Shown: positions 54,262 to 63,923, counted from the first letter of the stretch. The stretch: 64,000 bases of DNA from an uncultured Candidatus Berkelbacteria bacterium (GCA_903851235.1 CAINNR010000015.1:11327-75326), one strand, 5' to 3'. The notes: a model not told the origin generated them from the sequence alone. Program-made: numbers and translations.

Positions 54262-55596
54262 TTATTCTTCTGAGATTGACATTTTGAAACGTTTTGCCAG
54301 TTCGTATTTAACAACCCGTCGATCGGAGAACGGTTCGAACTTATTTTCGCCAACCGCCATTACTTCCTCTGCGCCTTTACCGGTAATAATGACGATATCA
54401 CTTCGCGTTGCCATACTGATCGCTTTGGCGATTGCTTCGTGACGATCGAGAATTTTCCAATAATTAGTGTTTAAGCGCCACTTGCCTTTTTTGCCCTTAA
54501 GCACGCCGGCGGCAACAACGTCAATTATCTCGCTTGGGTCTTCGTCATACGGATCCTCGTTCGTGACGATAACAAAATCAGCGAACTTTCCCGCCAAGGC
54601 GCCCATAATCGGCCGCTTGGTTTTATCGCGTCGGCCGGTGGCGCCGAGGACAGCGATGATTTTCCCGCCGCGTTTTGCCATCGATTGCCGAATCGTTTCA
54701 TAAACATTTTTCAACGAATCGGCGTTGTGGGCGTAGTCAACTATAACCTCAAAATCCTGTTTTGCCGAAACTATTATTCGCTCCATTCGACCGGGTACGC
54801 CGGAAACTTTTTCCAGTCCGGTTTTAATCTTATCGAAAGGAATTTCGCAGGCGATGCCGACAGCGACCGCCGCCAGCGCGTTCGAAATATTGAACATCCC
54901 GGGGATTTGCAGGTCAATCGTCGTTTGATTACCGGCGTAGACGGCGGTGAAAATTGAACCGGTCGGACTTTCCAAGATTTTTCTGGCGACCAAACCGTTT
55001 TCAACCGGCTTTTTGACTGAAAAGAAAATCTGGCGTTTGTTTTTCGCTTCAATAAATGTTTGTGCCACACTGTCATCGATGTTGATTATTGCCGTCGCGT
55101 TGGGGTTATCCTTGAAAACTTTGAGTTTGGCGTCGATATATTTTTCGCGCGATCCGTGGTATTCAATGTGGTCGTGTGAAATGTTGGAGAAGACCAAAAT
55201 ATCAAAGTTGATGCCCCAAACGCGGTGTTGATCGATCGCCTGAGATGTGACTTCCAAAACGGCGTATTTGCAACCGGCGCTGATGGCTTTTTTAAGAAAA
55301 CTATTGATCACAGCCGTTGGCGGTGTCGTTACCCAACGGGATTTATCACTGTGCATAGTGACTTTGTCGCCGATTTTAGTATTGATTGTTGTTTCCATCG
55401 CCGATTTTTCGCCCGTAGCATCCAAAACCGCCGCCACTAAATTTGCGATTGTGGTTTTGCCCTTGGTACCGGTGACGCCGATAATTTTTATCTTTTTTGA
55501 CGGATTGCCGGCGGAAAAATTCGACCAATTGGCTTGAAGCTTATGGTATTTGTTTTTACTAGACTGAGAGATAAGTTTTGAAATGTAACGCTTCAT
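54262..55596 (-). CDS. murE: UDP-MurNAc-tripeptide synthetase
   Basis: GVTGTKGKTT, TTP, LEVTS, HDHIEYH, PGRME, VDYAHN, G.RD..KRP.MG, TGKG.E. Confidence 0.93.
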   Translation of the reverse strand: MKRYISKLISQSSKNKYHKLQANWSNFSAGNPSKKIKIIGVTGTKGKTTIANLVAAVLDATGEKSAMETTINTKIGDKVTMHSDKSRWVTTPPTAVINSFLKKAISAGCKYAVLEVTSQAIDQHRVWGINFDILVFSNISHDHIEYHGSREKYIDAKLKVFKDNPNATAIINIDDSVAQTFIEAKNKRQIFFSVKKPVENGLVARKILESPTGSIFTAVYAGNQTTIDLQIPGMFNISNALAAVAVGIACEIPFDKIKTGLEKVSGVPGRMERIIVSAKQDFEVIVDYAHNADSLKNVYETIRQSMAKRGGKIIAVLGATGRRDKTKRPIMGALAGKFADFVIVTNEDPYDEDPSEIIDVVAAGVLKGKKGKWRLNTNYWKILDRHEAIAKAISMATRSDIVIITGKGAEEVMAVGENKFEPFSDRRVVKYELAKRFKMSISEE

Positions 55597-55658
55597 AATA
55601 TTGTTTGTTAAACCCAAATGATAAAATGCTTAAATAATTTTGGCTTTGAACTTTGGAT

Positions 55659-56621
55659 TTATTTTCGTCTCATCTTTTCCACTGTCTTAAACAATTTGTA
55701 TTTTGCCGTTGAAAATACCAGATCCCAACTTCCAAGCGATTGAAATTCTTCACCGCCAAACTGTTTTTTGAATCTGGTTATGCCGGCCCATGGATGTTTT
55801 TCATCATCGGTCGGCGCAATTCCGAACATATCATAGAATTTGCAACCGCGGCGTTTTGCCTCGCGCATCACCTCCCAATGAAGTTTGTAGGGTGCCATTT
55901 TCTCTCTCTGCTCATCGCTCGATCCGCCAAAAAGATAAATACAACTGTCTTTGTAAAAAATGATAATTGCCGAGGCTAAAACTGAATCATGCTGGACTAC
56001 AGTGTTGTTGTTTGGTTCGTAATTTCGGGATTCATCGGTAATTTGGTCGCGAGCTTTAGCCGTGAACACCTGAACATAATCCTTTGGCGACAGGTTGTCA
56101 ATAAGCGCCTGAAAATAGCTCAGACTTCGATAGGAAATTTTCTGTCGTTTTGCCATCTGCTGATATAACTGATAAAAATCCTCAACACTGCCTTTCTCAA
56201 TCGCAAGCTGATTTTTCTCGGCAATTTTAATATTATATCGGCCCTTCTGTTTCATCTCTTTCAATATGTCATCTTCGGATTTTGTCAAATTTATCAGCAA
56301 TGTGTGCTCCGGTTGCATTTCCTCAAAAGCTTTGGCAAATCCCGATTTTCCCGGCAAGATGTCACCGGCGACTTCATCGTTCGATTCCATCCGATAAAAA
56401 AGTGATTTTTCCTCGATAGCGATTTTTTTGATTTGATCAAGAAAAATTTTTTGCATTGCCAATTTTGTTTGGTCGCGGCTCATCATTGGCGAGTAAAGCA
56501 TCGAGCCCAGTAGTGGAATTTTCCTTTCCAGGACAAGAATGTCAAAAACCCGCCAGCTTTTTTGCCAACCGGTTTTTAATTTGAATTTCTCCCATTCGGC
56601 TGTTTGGAAAATTGTCGCCAT
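55659..56621 (-). CDS. FemABX family peptidoglycan bridge peptidyltransferase
   Basis: FQTAEW..FK, KGRYNIKIA, YLFGGS, YDMFGI, GITRFKKQFGG. Confidence 0.92.
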   Translation of the reverse strand: MATIFQTAEWEKFKLKTGWQKSWRVFDILVLERKIPLLGSMLYSPMMSRDQTKLAMQKIFLDQIKKIAIEEKSLFYRMESNDEVAGDILPGKSGFAKAFEEMQPEHTLLINLTKSEDDILKEMKQKGRYNIKIAEKNQLAIEKGSVEDFYQLYQQMAKRQKISYRSLSYFQALIDNLSPKDYVQVFTAKARDQITDESRNYEPNNNTVVQHDSVLASAIIIFYKDSCIYLFGGSSDEQREKMAPYKLHWEVMREAKRRGCKFYDMFGIAPTDDEKHPWAGITRFKKQFGGEEFQSLGSWDLVFSTAKYKLFKTVEKMRRK

Positions 56622-56718
56622 CAGACAAATTTTATATATTTAAATCATTGAATCATTTGGAATCCATTTTAAATTGAGGACTGGAAATTCTTGTTCCTCA
56701 TTTAATCTAGCAAATTTG

Positions 56719-56764
56719 TTGAATAAAAAAAAGCGGCACTCTTGGTACCGCTGTAAAATCACTG
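56719..56764 (-). terminator. Terminator / 3'-end module, copy 1
   Basis: AGCGGTAC-CAAGA-GTGCCGCT-T-run; homologous to 57386-57430. Confidence 0.8.
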
Positions 56765-57289
56765 AGTTCGTTGCAAAACTACCCGCCGGGTCAGTCGACC
56801 CTTGCCGAGTGGGTCGAGAAGATAAAGCGGAATTCGGGCGAGCCGACCGGGAATTTCCCGAATTGGCAACTGATAATCGGAACATTGGACTTTAACGAAC
56901 TTTCTGCGAAGTCGAAAGAACAATGTCTTGATGCCAAGTAGGTGCCAGCGTTCGCTCACAATGGTGATTCCAATCAAGTCAAAATTCAAGCAGTTTTTCT
57001 CGATGATTCTGATAACATTAATCACATTCTGGCGAGTGATCAATGACATGGTTTCAGTGAAGATTCTGCCGTTCCACTCCGGGCAGTTATCTCCCCACCA
57101 TTTTTCCATCAGTTTTGCTACCGGGGTAGTCTGACCCGGCGCGAAAACACCACCGGAAAAGATGACGGCGCCGTGATCATTACTGACAGCTTTTGCAGTT
57201 TTGAGGTTGGCAATGGTGTCGACGCCCAATTGATTACCGCTTACTCCCATACCAAAGACAACTAGGATCTTCGGCACCGGCACTGGCAT
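56759..57289 (-). CDS. DUF218/YdcF (ElyC-like) family protein
   Basis: ILVVFG, VIFSGG, A.LM, E..S..T.QN, IVSE.WHL. Confidence 0.7.
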   Translation of the reverse strand: MPVPVPKILVVFGMGVSGNQLGVDTIANLKTAKAVSNDHGAVIFSGGVFAPGQTTPVAKLMEKWWGDNCPEWNGRIFTETMSLITRQNVINVIRIIEKNCLNFDLIGITIVSERWHLLGIKTLFFRLRRKFVKVQCSDYQLPIREIPGRLARIPLYLLDPLGKGRLTRRVVLQRTQ

Positions 57290-57385
57290 TCCTCTCACCC
57301 TTTCGGAGTGGCAGAATAATCAGAATCTACCACCAAATGATAAAAATATCAATCCAGCGCTGAAAAAAATTGATTAAAAGTTCTA

Positions 57386-57430
57386 TTGAATAAAAAAAGC
57401 GGTGCTTTTGACACCGCTATGGAATCACTG
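57386..57430 (-). terminator. Terminator / 3'-end module, copy 2
   Basis: AGCGGTGT-CAAAA-GCACCGCT-T-run. Confidence 0.8.
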
Positions 57431-57610
57431 TTTTCGTCGTCGGGCGAGCTGTTTGTTGACCAGATCAGGACATCTGGGATCGCGGGTAATTCCCGTGTTG
57501 GTGATGGTGATTACTTCAATCTCCGGCTTTGACCCGTTCGTGACCTGAGCGGCAAGCTCTGCGAAATCATTCGCCGCTCGGCGGAGTGTATCCGAATCGT
57601 TGGCAGTCAT
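57425..57610 (-). CDS. Small hypothetical protein
   Basis: Strong AGGAGGTG RBS and own terminator. Confidence 0.6.
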   Translation of the reverse strand: MTANDSDTLRRAANDFAELAAQVTNGSKPEIEVITITNTGITRDPRCPDLVNKQLARRRKQ

Positions 57611-57688
57611 TTCACACCTCCTATCAAGAAAAATAATAATTTAAGTTGTATGGAAAGTCAACGGATTTTCTGCTAAAATCAATCAGAA

Positions 57689-58864
57689 ATGAAAAAAGAT
57701 GAAATTATAATTTTGGCGATTGAAACCAGTTGTGATGAAACGGCGGCGGCAGTTATTGTCGCTCCTTACGAATTTACAAATAAAACCGAGAGCGAAATTA
57801 CCAATAATGCGCCGTTAATTCTGTCGAATGTTATCAGTTCGTCGGCAGATTTGCACGCCAAAACCGCTGGAATCGTGCCGGAAGTTGCCAGTCGAGCACA
57901 GATGGAAGCGATATTGCCCGTAGTTGAGCAAGCTCTTCAACAAGCAAATTCAAAATTGCGGAGTGGGGATTTGTTGGAAGGTATAACCCACATTGCTGTC
58001 ACAAATGGGCCGGGACTTATTGGTTCGTTGTTGGTCGGTTTTAATGCGGCGAAAACTATCGCCTATGCCAGAAATTTGCCATTCATTTCGATCAACCATA
58101 TTGAAGGACACATTTACTCCGCCTTTGCGGGAACAAATAGGGAAAAACTGATGACGAATAACTTTGGTATCGAATTTCCGATCTTGGCGTTGACCGTTTC
58201 CGGCGGACACACATCTTTAACTTTGATGTCTGACCATGGCAAGTATCAAACTCAAGGCGAAACAATTGATGACGCCGCCGGTGAAGCTTTCGACAAGGTG
58301 GCAAAGCTGCTTGGGCTGGGGTATCCGGGTGGACCGGAAGTTTCGAAATTAGCGGAACAATATCGAAATAAAGTTCAAAAATCAAAATCCAAGAATCAAA
58401 ACGAAGAAATCGAATTTCCCCGGCCGTTGATCAACCAGCCGAATTTTAACTTTTCGTTTTCCGGCTTAAAAACTGCGGTACTGACTCAAGTTAAAAAACT
58501 TATGACTTTCGATTTACAACTTACGACTGAGCAAAAAGAGCAGATCTGCTGGGCTTTTGAGGAAGCGGCAGTTGATGTCCTTTGCACCAAAGCGATCAAG
58601 GCGGCACGAAAGTGTCGACCAAAAGCAATAATTCTTGCCGGTGGCGTTGCGGCGAACCGTCGATTGCAGCAAGAACTCAGAAATCGAATTGAAAAATATA
58701 ATTTGGAAGTCGAAGAAAAACATCAATTAAATTTTTTTACTCCCGGGGTTGGTATGACCGGCGACAATGCGGCGATGATCGGAATTGCCGCTTACTATCG
58801 GATTGTCAAGAATAACATTCCCGAACTTTTTGGCACGACTGTTGACTCAAACCTGAGTCTATAA
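57689..58864 (+). CDS. tsaD: tRNA N6-adenosine threonylcarbamoyltransferase
   Basis: LAIETSCDET, GPGLIGSL, NHIEGH, VSGGHT, DDAAGEAFDKVA, FSFSGLKT, GGVAAN, DNAAMI. Confidence 0.98.
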   Translation: MKKDEIIILAIETSCDETAAAVIVAPYEFTNKTESEITNNAPLILSNVISSSADLHAKTAGIVPEVASRAQMEAILPVVEQALQQANSKLRSGDLLEGITHIAVTNGPGLIGSLLVGFNAAKTIAYARNLPFISINHIEGHIYSAFAGTNREKLMTNNFGIEFPILALTVSGGHTSLTLMSDHGKYQTQGETIDDAAGEAFDKVAKLLGLGYPGGPEVSKLAEQYRNKVQKSKSKNQNEEIEFPRPLINQPNFNFSFSGLKTAVLTQVKKLMTFDLQLTTEQKEQICWAFEEAAVDVLCTKAIKAARKCRPKAIILAGGVAANRRLQQELRNRIEKYNLEVEEKHQLNFFTPGVGMTGDNAAMIGIAAYYRIVKNNIPELFGTTVDSNLSL

Positions 58865-58882
58865 AAAAAACCGGATGAAACA

Positions 58883-59131
58883 TCATCCGGTGTCGGTTGG
58901 AGCTCCTCGCTTCTGTTGCCCGATTGCGACAACGGTTGCCCGATCTGCTTGCAGATCGGCGATGGCTTCGGTCACTGACTTGCCACCGCCCCGACTTGGC
59001 ACCACAACGATGCCATCACCGTCGTGCTCCAGGGTGCTTTCCTCCTGGTGGTAGCCTTGGTCATAGGACTCGCCAGCCAAATCGAGAATTGTTTTCCGAT
59101 CTTTACTGTCGAAAAGTTGCCTTTTGGCCAT
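58883..59131 (-). CDS. Small hypothetical protein
   Basis: AAGGTG RBS; hairpin CCGGATG/CATCCGG plus T8 overlapping the stop. Confidence 0.5.
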   Translation of the reverse strand: MAKRQLFDSKDRKTILDLAGESYDQGYHQEESTLEHDGDGIVVVPSRGGGKSVTEAIADLQADRATVVAIGQQKRGAPTDTG

Positions 59132-59228
59132 AATTATCACCTTCTTCGCGCGGAGTTAGGCCATCGACAAAAATATATCACAATCACAATCATCGTTCAA
59201 ACTAATTTCATTATAAAAATCCGCCGGG

Positions 59229-59609
59229 CTACGGCGGATCGGCGAGAATTTGTTGCAAGTATCCTACGGTTCCTGTCGATGGAGCTGTTAAGATCCATTG
59301 GAAACCGGCCTGTTCTAGCTCCTCTTTGTGCTGACCGAAATCTTCGATGACAATGCGATTTTTCAACTGAGTCGGAAGCTCGGCCAAGGCGGATAACCAC
59401 TCCGGACCGATGCCGGATTCTCGTGGCGCGACTTCGGTTAATACCAGTCGGTGGTTCTTCAGCCCATTAATAATCGCTTGAATTGATTTTTCAAATGTGT
59501 TTGAAAATATGCCTGAGACTTCAACCGACAATCCTTGCGCCCTTGCATGTCTAACTAAAGATTCCTTGCCACCCATTCGGAATGGAAAAATGATCAAGAC
59601 GTCAGCCAC
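59229..59609 (-). CDS. Hypothetical alpha/beta protein
   Basis: GGAGG RBS before GTG at 59609; hairpin ATCCGCCG/CGGCGGAT overlapping the stop. Confidence 0.55.
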   Translation of the reverse strand: MADVLIIFPFRMGGKESLVRHARAQGLSVEVSGIFSNTFEKSIQAIINGLKNHRLVLTEVAPRESGIGPEWLSALAELPTQLKNRIVIEDFGQHKEELEQAGFQWILTAPSTGTVGYLQQILADPP

Positions 59610-59736
59610 AGTAATCCCTCCCGAAGTTTGTCGTAAACTGTTTATAACAAAAATTGTGAAAAAAAGCAACTAAGCGGACATTGCTAAAAAATTTCTACTC
59701 CACTGGAAAAGGTGGCTGGTCTTTGCTACACTAGCT

Positions 59737-61962
59737 ATGGTAATGTTCAGCTTCTTATTAATCTTGCAAGCGATGAAAAAAACCTTCAATAAAAATTGGC
59801 AACACTTGGAAATCGAATCCAAACTTTACAATAACTGGGAGCAATCCGGCTATTTTAAGCCGGAAATTTCGCAAAAGCTATCAGCCGGTAGCGATCAGCT
59901 GTCAGCTAATAAACCGTTCGTTATTGCCATTCCGCCGCCGAATGTTACCGGCAAATTGCACATCGGTCACGCCTATGGAACGACTTTACAGGATTTAATG
60001 ATTCGTTATCATCGTTTGCTCGGTGACGCCTCACTTTATATTCCCGGTATGGATCACGCCGGCATTGCGACCCAGGCTGTCGTTGATAAAAAATTGCGCA
60101 AAGAGGGCATTAACAAAAATGACATCGGTCGAGAGAAATTCGTCGAAGAAGTTTGGAAGTGGAAAGAGGAGTCGGGTGGAAAAATTTTGCAACAGTTGCG
60201 AGCGATCGGCGCGTCCTGTGATTGGGATCGTGAACGCTTCACATTGGATGCTGGATTATCGGACGCCGTTCGCCAAGCATTCATTCATCTTTATGAAAAA
60301 GATTTGATCTATCGAGGTTTGCGAACGGTAAACTGGTGCCCGAAATGTCACACGGCGATCGCCGATGACGAAGTCGAATACAAAAAGGAGATCGGAAAAT
60401 TTTATTGGATTAAATACGGTCCTTTTATATTGGCGACTTCGCGTCCGGAAACCAAGCTCGGCGATACCGCTGTTGCCGTCCATCCGGGTGACAAGAGATA
60501 CAAAGATATGGTCGGCAAAAAATATATGATTCCCGGAGTTCTGGGCGATTTTGAAGTTGAGGTTGTCGCTGACAACGCCGTCGATCCGAATTTCGGTAGC
60601 GGCGCAGTCAAGGTGACACCGGCGCACTCGATAATCGATTTTGAAATTTCCCAGCGACATAATATCCCGATCAAACAGGTGATCGACGATCGTGGCCGAA
60701 TGATGGAAAACAGCGGCAAATACGCCGGCATGACAACCAAGGAAGCGCGCGAGGAGATTGTCGCCGATATGATGAAGCTTGGACTGATCGATCACGTCGA
60801 TGAAAATTATGAACACAATATTGCGGTTTGTTATCGCTGTGGCGGCCAAATCGAGCCGATTCCTTCAAAACAGTGGTTTGTGAAAATGAAACCGTTGGCG
60901 GAGAAAGCCCGGCAGGCCGTCGAGTCCGGCGAAATCGAAATTATCCCGAAAAGATTTGAAAAAGTCTATTTTCATTGGCTCGATAACATTCGCGACTGGT
61001 GCGTCTCTCGCCAGCTTTGGTGGGGACATCAGATACCGGTATGGTATTCGGACTCAGAATTGTCGGAGGAGAAAATTTATGTTGGAGAAAATCCGCCGGA
61101 GGGCTACATTCAAGATGAAGACGTCTTGGATACCTGGTTTTCCTCGGCGCTGTGGCCGTTTTCAACTTTGGGCTGGCCCAATGGATCATCAGAAGATTAT
61201 CAGCGGTTTTACCCGACAACAGTGATGGAAACCGGCTACGACATCCTATTTTTCTGGGTTGCCAGAATGATTATGATGGGGCAAGAACTTACGGGGAAAA
61301 TTCCCTTCAAAACGGTCTATTTGCACGGTTTGGTTCGCGATGAGCATAATCGAAAGATGTCAAAATCGCTTGGCAACGCTTTGGATCCGCTAGATCTGAT
61401 CGCCAAATACGGCACCGATGCACTGCGAATGGGCCTGATTATCGGTTCAACACCGGGTCAAGATGTTGCCATCGGCGAAAGTAAAATTAGGGGTTATCGC
61501 AACTTTACCAATAAAATTTGGAATGCTTCGCGTTTTGTCTCACTGCGGGTGACCGATGGTGATTTACAAAGCGGGGAGCAGGGAGAAAGTAAAATTTCCG
61601 ATCTGAATATTGATGAAAAATTGTTGACCAAAGACGACCGTGAGATTCTGGTTTTGTACAAAACTGCTAAAGATCAAGTCACAAAGCATTTAAACAAATT
61701 CGAATTTTCATTAGCTGGAGAGTCTCTTTACAATTTTTTCTGGCATACTTTTTGTGACCAATATATCGAAAAATCAAAGTTACAGTTAGATGACGAAAAA
61801 ATTAAAGACAACACCAAAAAAATTCTGATAAAAATACTCTCGGAAAGTTTGATCATGCTTCATCCGTTCGCGCCGTTTGTGACCGAGGCCGTTTGGCAGG
61901 AGTTGCGAGAATTTACGCCCAATTTGGCCGAATCAATCATGATTTCAACTTGGCCCAAGTAA
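59737..61962 (+). CDS. valS: Valine--tRNA ligase (no C-terminal coiled coil); start may be 59773
   Basis: PPPNVTG.LHIGH, DHAGIATQ, RPET..GD, DWCVSRQLWWGH, DILFFWVARM, KMSKS. Confidence 0.97.
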   Translation: MVMFSFLLILQAMKKTFNKNWQHLEIESKLYNNWEQSGYFKPEISQKLSAGSDQLSANKPFVIAIPPPNVTGKLHIGHAYGTTLQDLMIRYHRLLGDASLYIPGMDHAGIATQAVVDKKLRKEGINKNDIGREKFVEEVWKWKEESGGKILQQLRAIGASCDWDRERFTLDAGLSDAVRQAFIHLYEKDLIYRGLRTVNWCPKCHTAIADDEVEYKKEIGKFYWIKYGPFILATSRPETKLGDTAVAVHPGDKRYKDMVGKKYMIPGVLGDFEVEVVADNAVDPNFGSGAVKVTPAHSIIDFEISQRHNIPIKQVIDDRGRMMENSGKYAGMTTKEAREEIVADMMKLGLIDHVDENYEHNIAVCYRCGGQIEPIPSKQWFVKMKPLAEKARQAVESGEIEIIPKRFEKVYFHWLDNIRDWCVSRQLWWGHQIPVWYSDSELSEEKIYVGENPPEGYIQDEDVLDTWFSSALWPFSTLGWPNGSSEDYQRFYPTTVMETGYDILFFWVARMIMMGQELTGKIPFKTVYLHGLVRDEHNRKMSKSLGNALDPLDLIAKYGTDALRMGLIIGSTPGQDVAIGESKIRGYRNFTNKIWNASRFVSLRVTDGDLQSGEQGESKISDLNIDEKLLTKDDREILVLYKTAKDQVTKHLNKFEFSLAGESLYNFFWHTFCDQYIEKSKLQLDDEKIKDNTKKILIKILSESLIMLHPFAPFVTEAVWQELREFTPNLAESIMISTWPK

Positions 61963-61984
61963 ATATTGGCATTAAAAATCCATT

Positions 61985-62952
61985 ATGAAAAACGAAATTG
62001 AAATCTACTCCGGAAAGAGAGGAGTAGAGATAAAAGTTAAGTTTGAAAAGGAAACGTTTTGGCTGACACAAAACAGTTGGTAGAGCTTTTTAATACCTCT
62101 CAATCTGTTATCAGCCGTCATCTCAATAATATTTTTAATTCCGCTGAGTTGGATAAAAAAAGCAATATGCAAAAAATGCATAATGCTTTTTCAGACAAAC
62201 CTGTGACATCATACAGTCTCGATGCAGTAATTTCTGTCGGTTATCGTGTCAATTCAAAAAAAGCGACTGATTTTCGGATTTGGGCAACTGAAAAATTAGG
62301 AAATTATTTGCTTAGTGGTTATATTTTAGACCGGAAAAAACTTTCGGTTGCCTATGATAAATTTCAGGAGATTAAAGATACTTTACTTTTGATCGAGGAA
62401 AAATCAAAGTTTGCCGAACTTAGTGGGCAGGAAAAAAATCTTCTGGATATCATTGGCGAATATGCAAAAACTTTTGATTTGTTGGAAAAATACGATCAAG
62501 GTAAATTGGAGATCGGTCGAGTTAACAAATATTTAAAATTCAGCCTGGAATCTGACGATTGTTTAAGGATAATAGAAAGTTTGCGCCAAAGTTTGGTCAA
62601 AAAGAAGATGATTTCCGACCTTTTCGGTCAAAGTGCCGGCGATAAAATCACAGGTGTCATCTGATTAATAAATCAAACCTTTGACGGTGCTGACCTGTAT
62701 CCGAGCATTGAAGAAAAAGCCGCTAATTTGCTTTACTTTGTGATCAAAGATCACCCGTTTCTCGATGGTAACAAGCGTATTGGCTCGATTTTGTTCTTAT
62801 ATTTCTTGGAGAAAAATGGTTATCTTTACAAATCAAGCGGTGAGCAAAAAATCAATGATAATACCTTGACAGCTCTTTCACTTTTGGTTGCTGTCAGCGA
62901 TCCGAGAGACAAGGAAAATTTGGTTAAACTGGTGATAAATTTAATCAGGTAG
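61985..62952 (+). pseudogene. RhuM-Fic/Doc fusion, disrupted
   Basis: MKNEIEIY...ETFWLTQ, then a 1-nt deletion in the A-run at 62070-62073; YSLDAVISVGYRVNS; in-frame TGA at 62662; continues LYPSIEEKAA...HPFLDGNKRIG. Confidence 0.9.
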
Positions 62953-62998
62953 GAGTCTTTTCTACTAATTGAATAATGCCTCTAACGGATCCCATAGG

Positions 62999-63060
62999 TT
63001 GACAAAATCATGATCTTAGAGTTATAATTTCACTAGCTAATAATTAATTTGATAAGGAGA
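62999..63060 (+). promoter_or_regulatory. Sigma70 promoter and RBS
   Basis: TTGACA-18-TATAAT; TAAGGAG before the ATG at 63064. Confidence 0.8.
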
Positions 63061-63063
63061 GAT

Positions 63064-63210
63064 ATGGGATCAGATTGTTCCAGTTGCACCCATTGTGACG
63101 ATTGCGGTGTTGCCGAGCCAAAAGTTAAGGAAACCGAAGCTTGCGAATGTTCGAAGTGTCATTGCAATCCGTGCAAATGCGGTGAGGAAAAAAAAGAAGA
63201 AAAGAAATAA
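63064..63210 (+). CDS. Metallothionein-like Cys-rich small protein (not in ORF track)
   Basis: MGSDCSSCTHCDDCGVAEPKVKETEACECSKCHCNPCKCGEEKKEEKK: 48 aa, 10 Cys, 2 His; promoter, RBS and terminator all present. Confidence 0.8.
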   Translation: MGSDCSSCTHCDDCGVAEPKVKETEACECSKCHCNPCKCGEEKKEEKK

Positions 63211-63232
63211 TTTTTCTGAAATAATCAAAATT

Positions 63233-63256
63233 CCCGTGCAAATGCGCGGGTTTTTT
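63233..63256 (+). terminator. Intrinsic terminator
   Basis: CCCGTGCA...TGCGCGGG-T6. Confidence 0.8.
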
Positions 63257-63314
63257 GATACTATCAAATAGTTAGACTTCTTGGTTTACCCGTTATCAGT
63301 TATCAGTTAAAATT

Positions 63315-63923
63315 ATGATTATTGACGCTTTGGCAAATTTTGCGACGACTGTAATTTCTCACCTTGGTTACCTGGGTATTTTTTTCTTGATGGGGCTTGA
63401 ATCGGCTTGCATTCCGATCCCATCGGAGGTGATCATGCCGTTTGCCGGTTTCTTGGTCATCAGCGGTCAATTTGGATTTATCGGCGTGGTGATTATCGGA
63501 TCGCTGGGGAATTTAGCCGGTTCACTTTTTTCCTATTGGGTTGGATATCGTGGTGGTCGGCCACTGATCGAAAAATACGGCAAATTTATCTTGCTTTCTC
63601 ATCGCGATTTGGATTCATCGGACCGCTTCTTTAAAAAATACGGTGATAGCACGGTATTTTTTTCACGTCTTCTTCCGGTTATTAGGACATTTATCTCCTT
63701 GCCGGCTGGAATATCGAGAATGGAAATAAAAAAATTTATTCTTTATACCTTGGCTGGCGTCATCCCGTTCACGGCTTTTTTGGCTTATGCCGGCGTAATA
63801 CTAAACAACAACTGGGACAGGCTTCGACCGTATTTTCATAAGTTCGATTTGGCGATTGTCATTGTTATTGTTTTGGCCATTGCGTGGTTTATTGTCAGAC
63901 ACTTGAAACACCGATCAAATTAG
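63315..63923 (+). CDS. dedA: DedA family membrane protein
   Basis: LESACIPIPSEVIMPFAG, G...SYWVGY.GGR, FFSRLLPVIRTFISLPAG. Confidence 0.95.
   Translation: MIIDALANFATTVISHLGYLGIFFLMGLESACIPIPSEVIMPFAGFLVISGQFGFIGVVIIGSLGNLAGSLFSYWVGYRGGRPLIEKYGKFILLSHRDLDSSDRFFKKYGDSTVFFSRLLPVIRTFISLPAGISRMEIKKFILYTLAGVIPFTAFLAYAGVILNNNWDRLRPYFHKFDLAIVIVIVLAIAWFIVRHLKHRSN

Noticed and set aside
62662-62664. TGA read as Gly (genetic code 25) in the RhuM-Fic gene
   Set aside because: Other genes end at TGA, long ORFs have no internal TGA, and the same gene also has a frameshift. A GGA-to-TGA nonsense change is simpler.
63070-63267. 65-aa minus-strand ORF
   Set aside because: Antisense to the Cys-rich gene, which has full expression signals.
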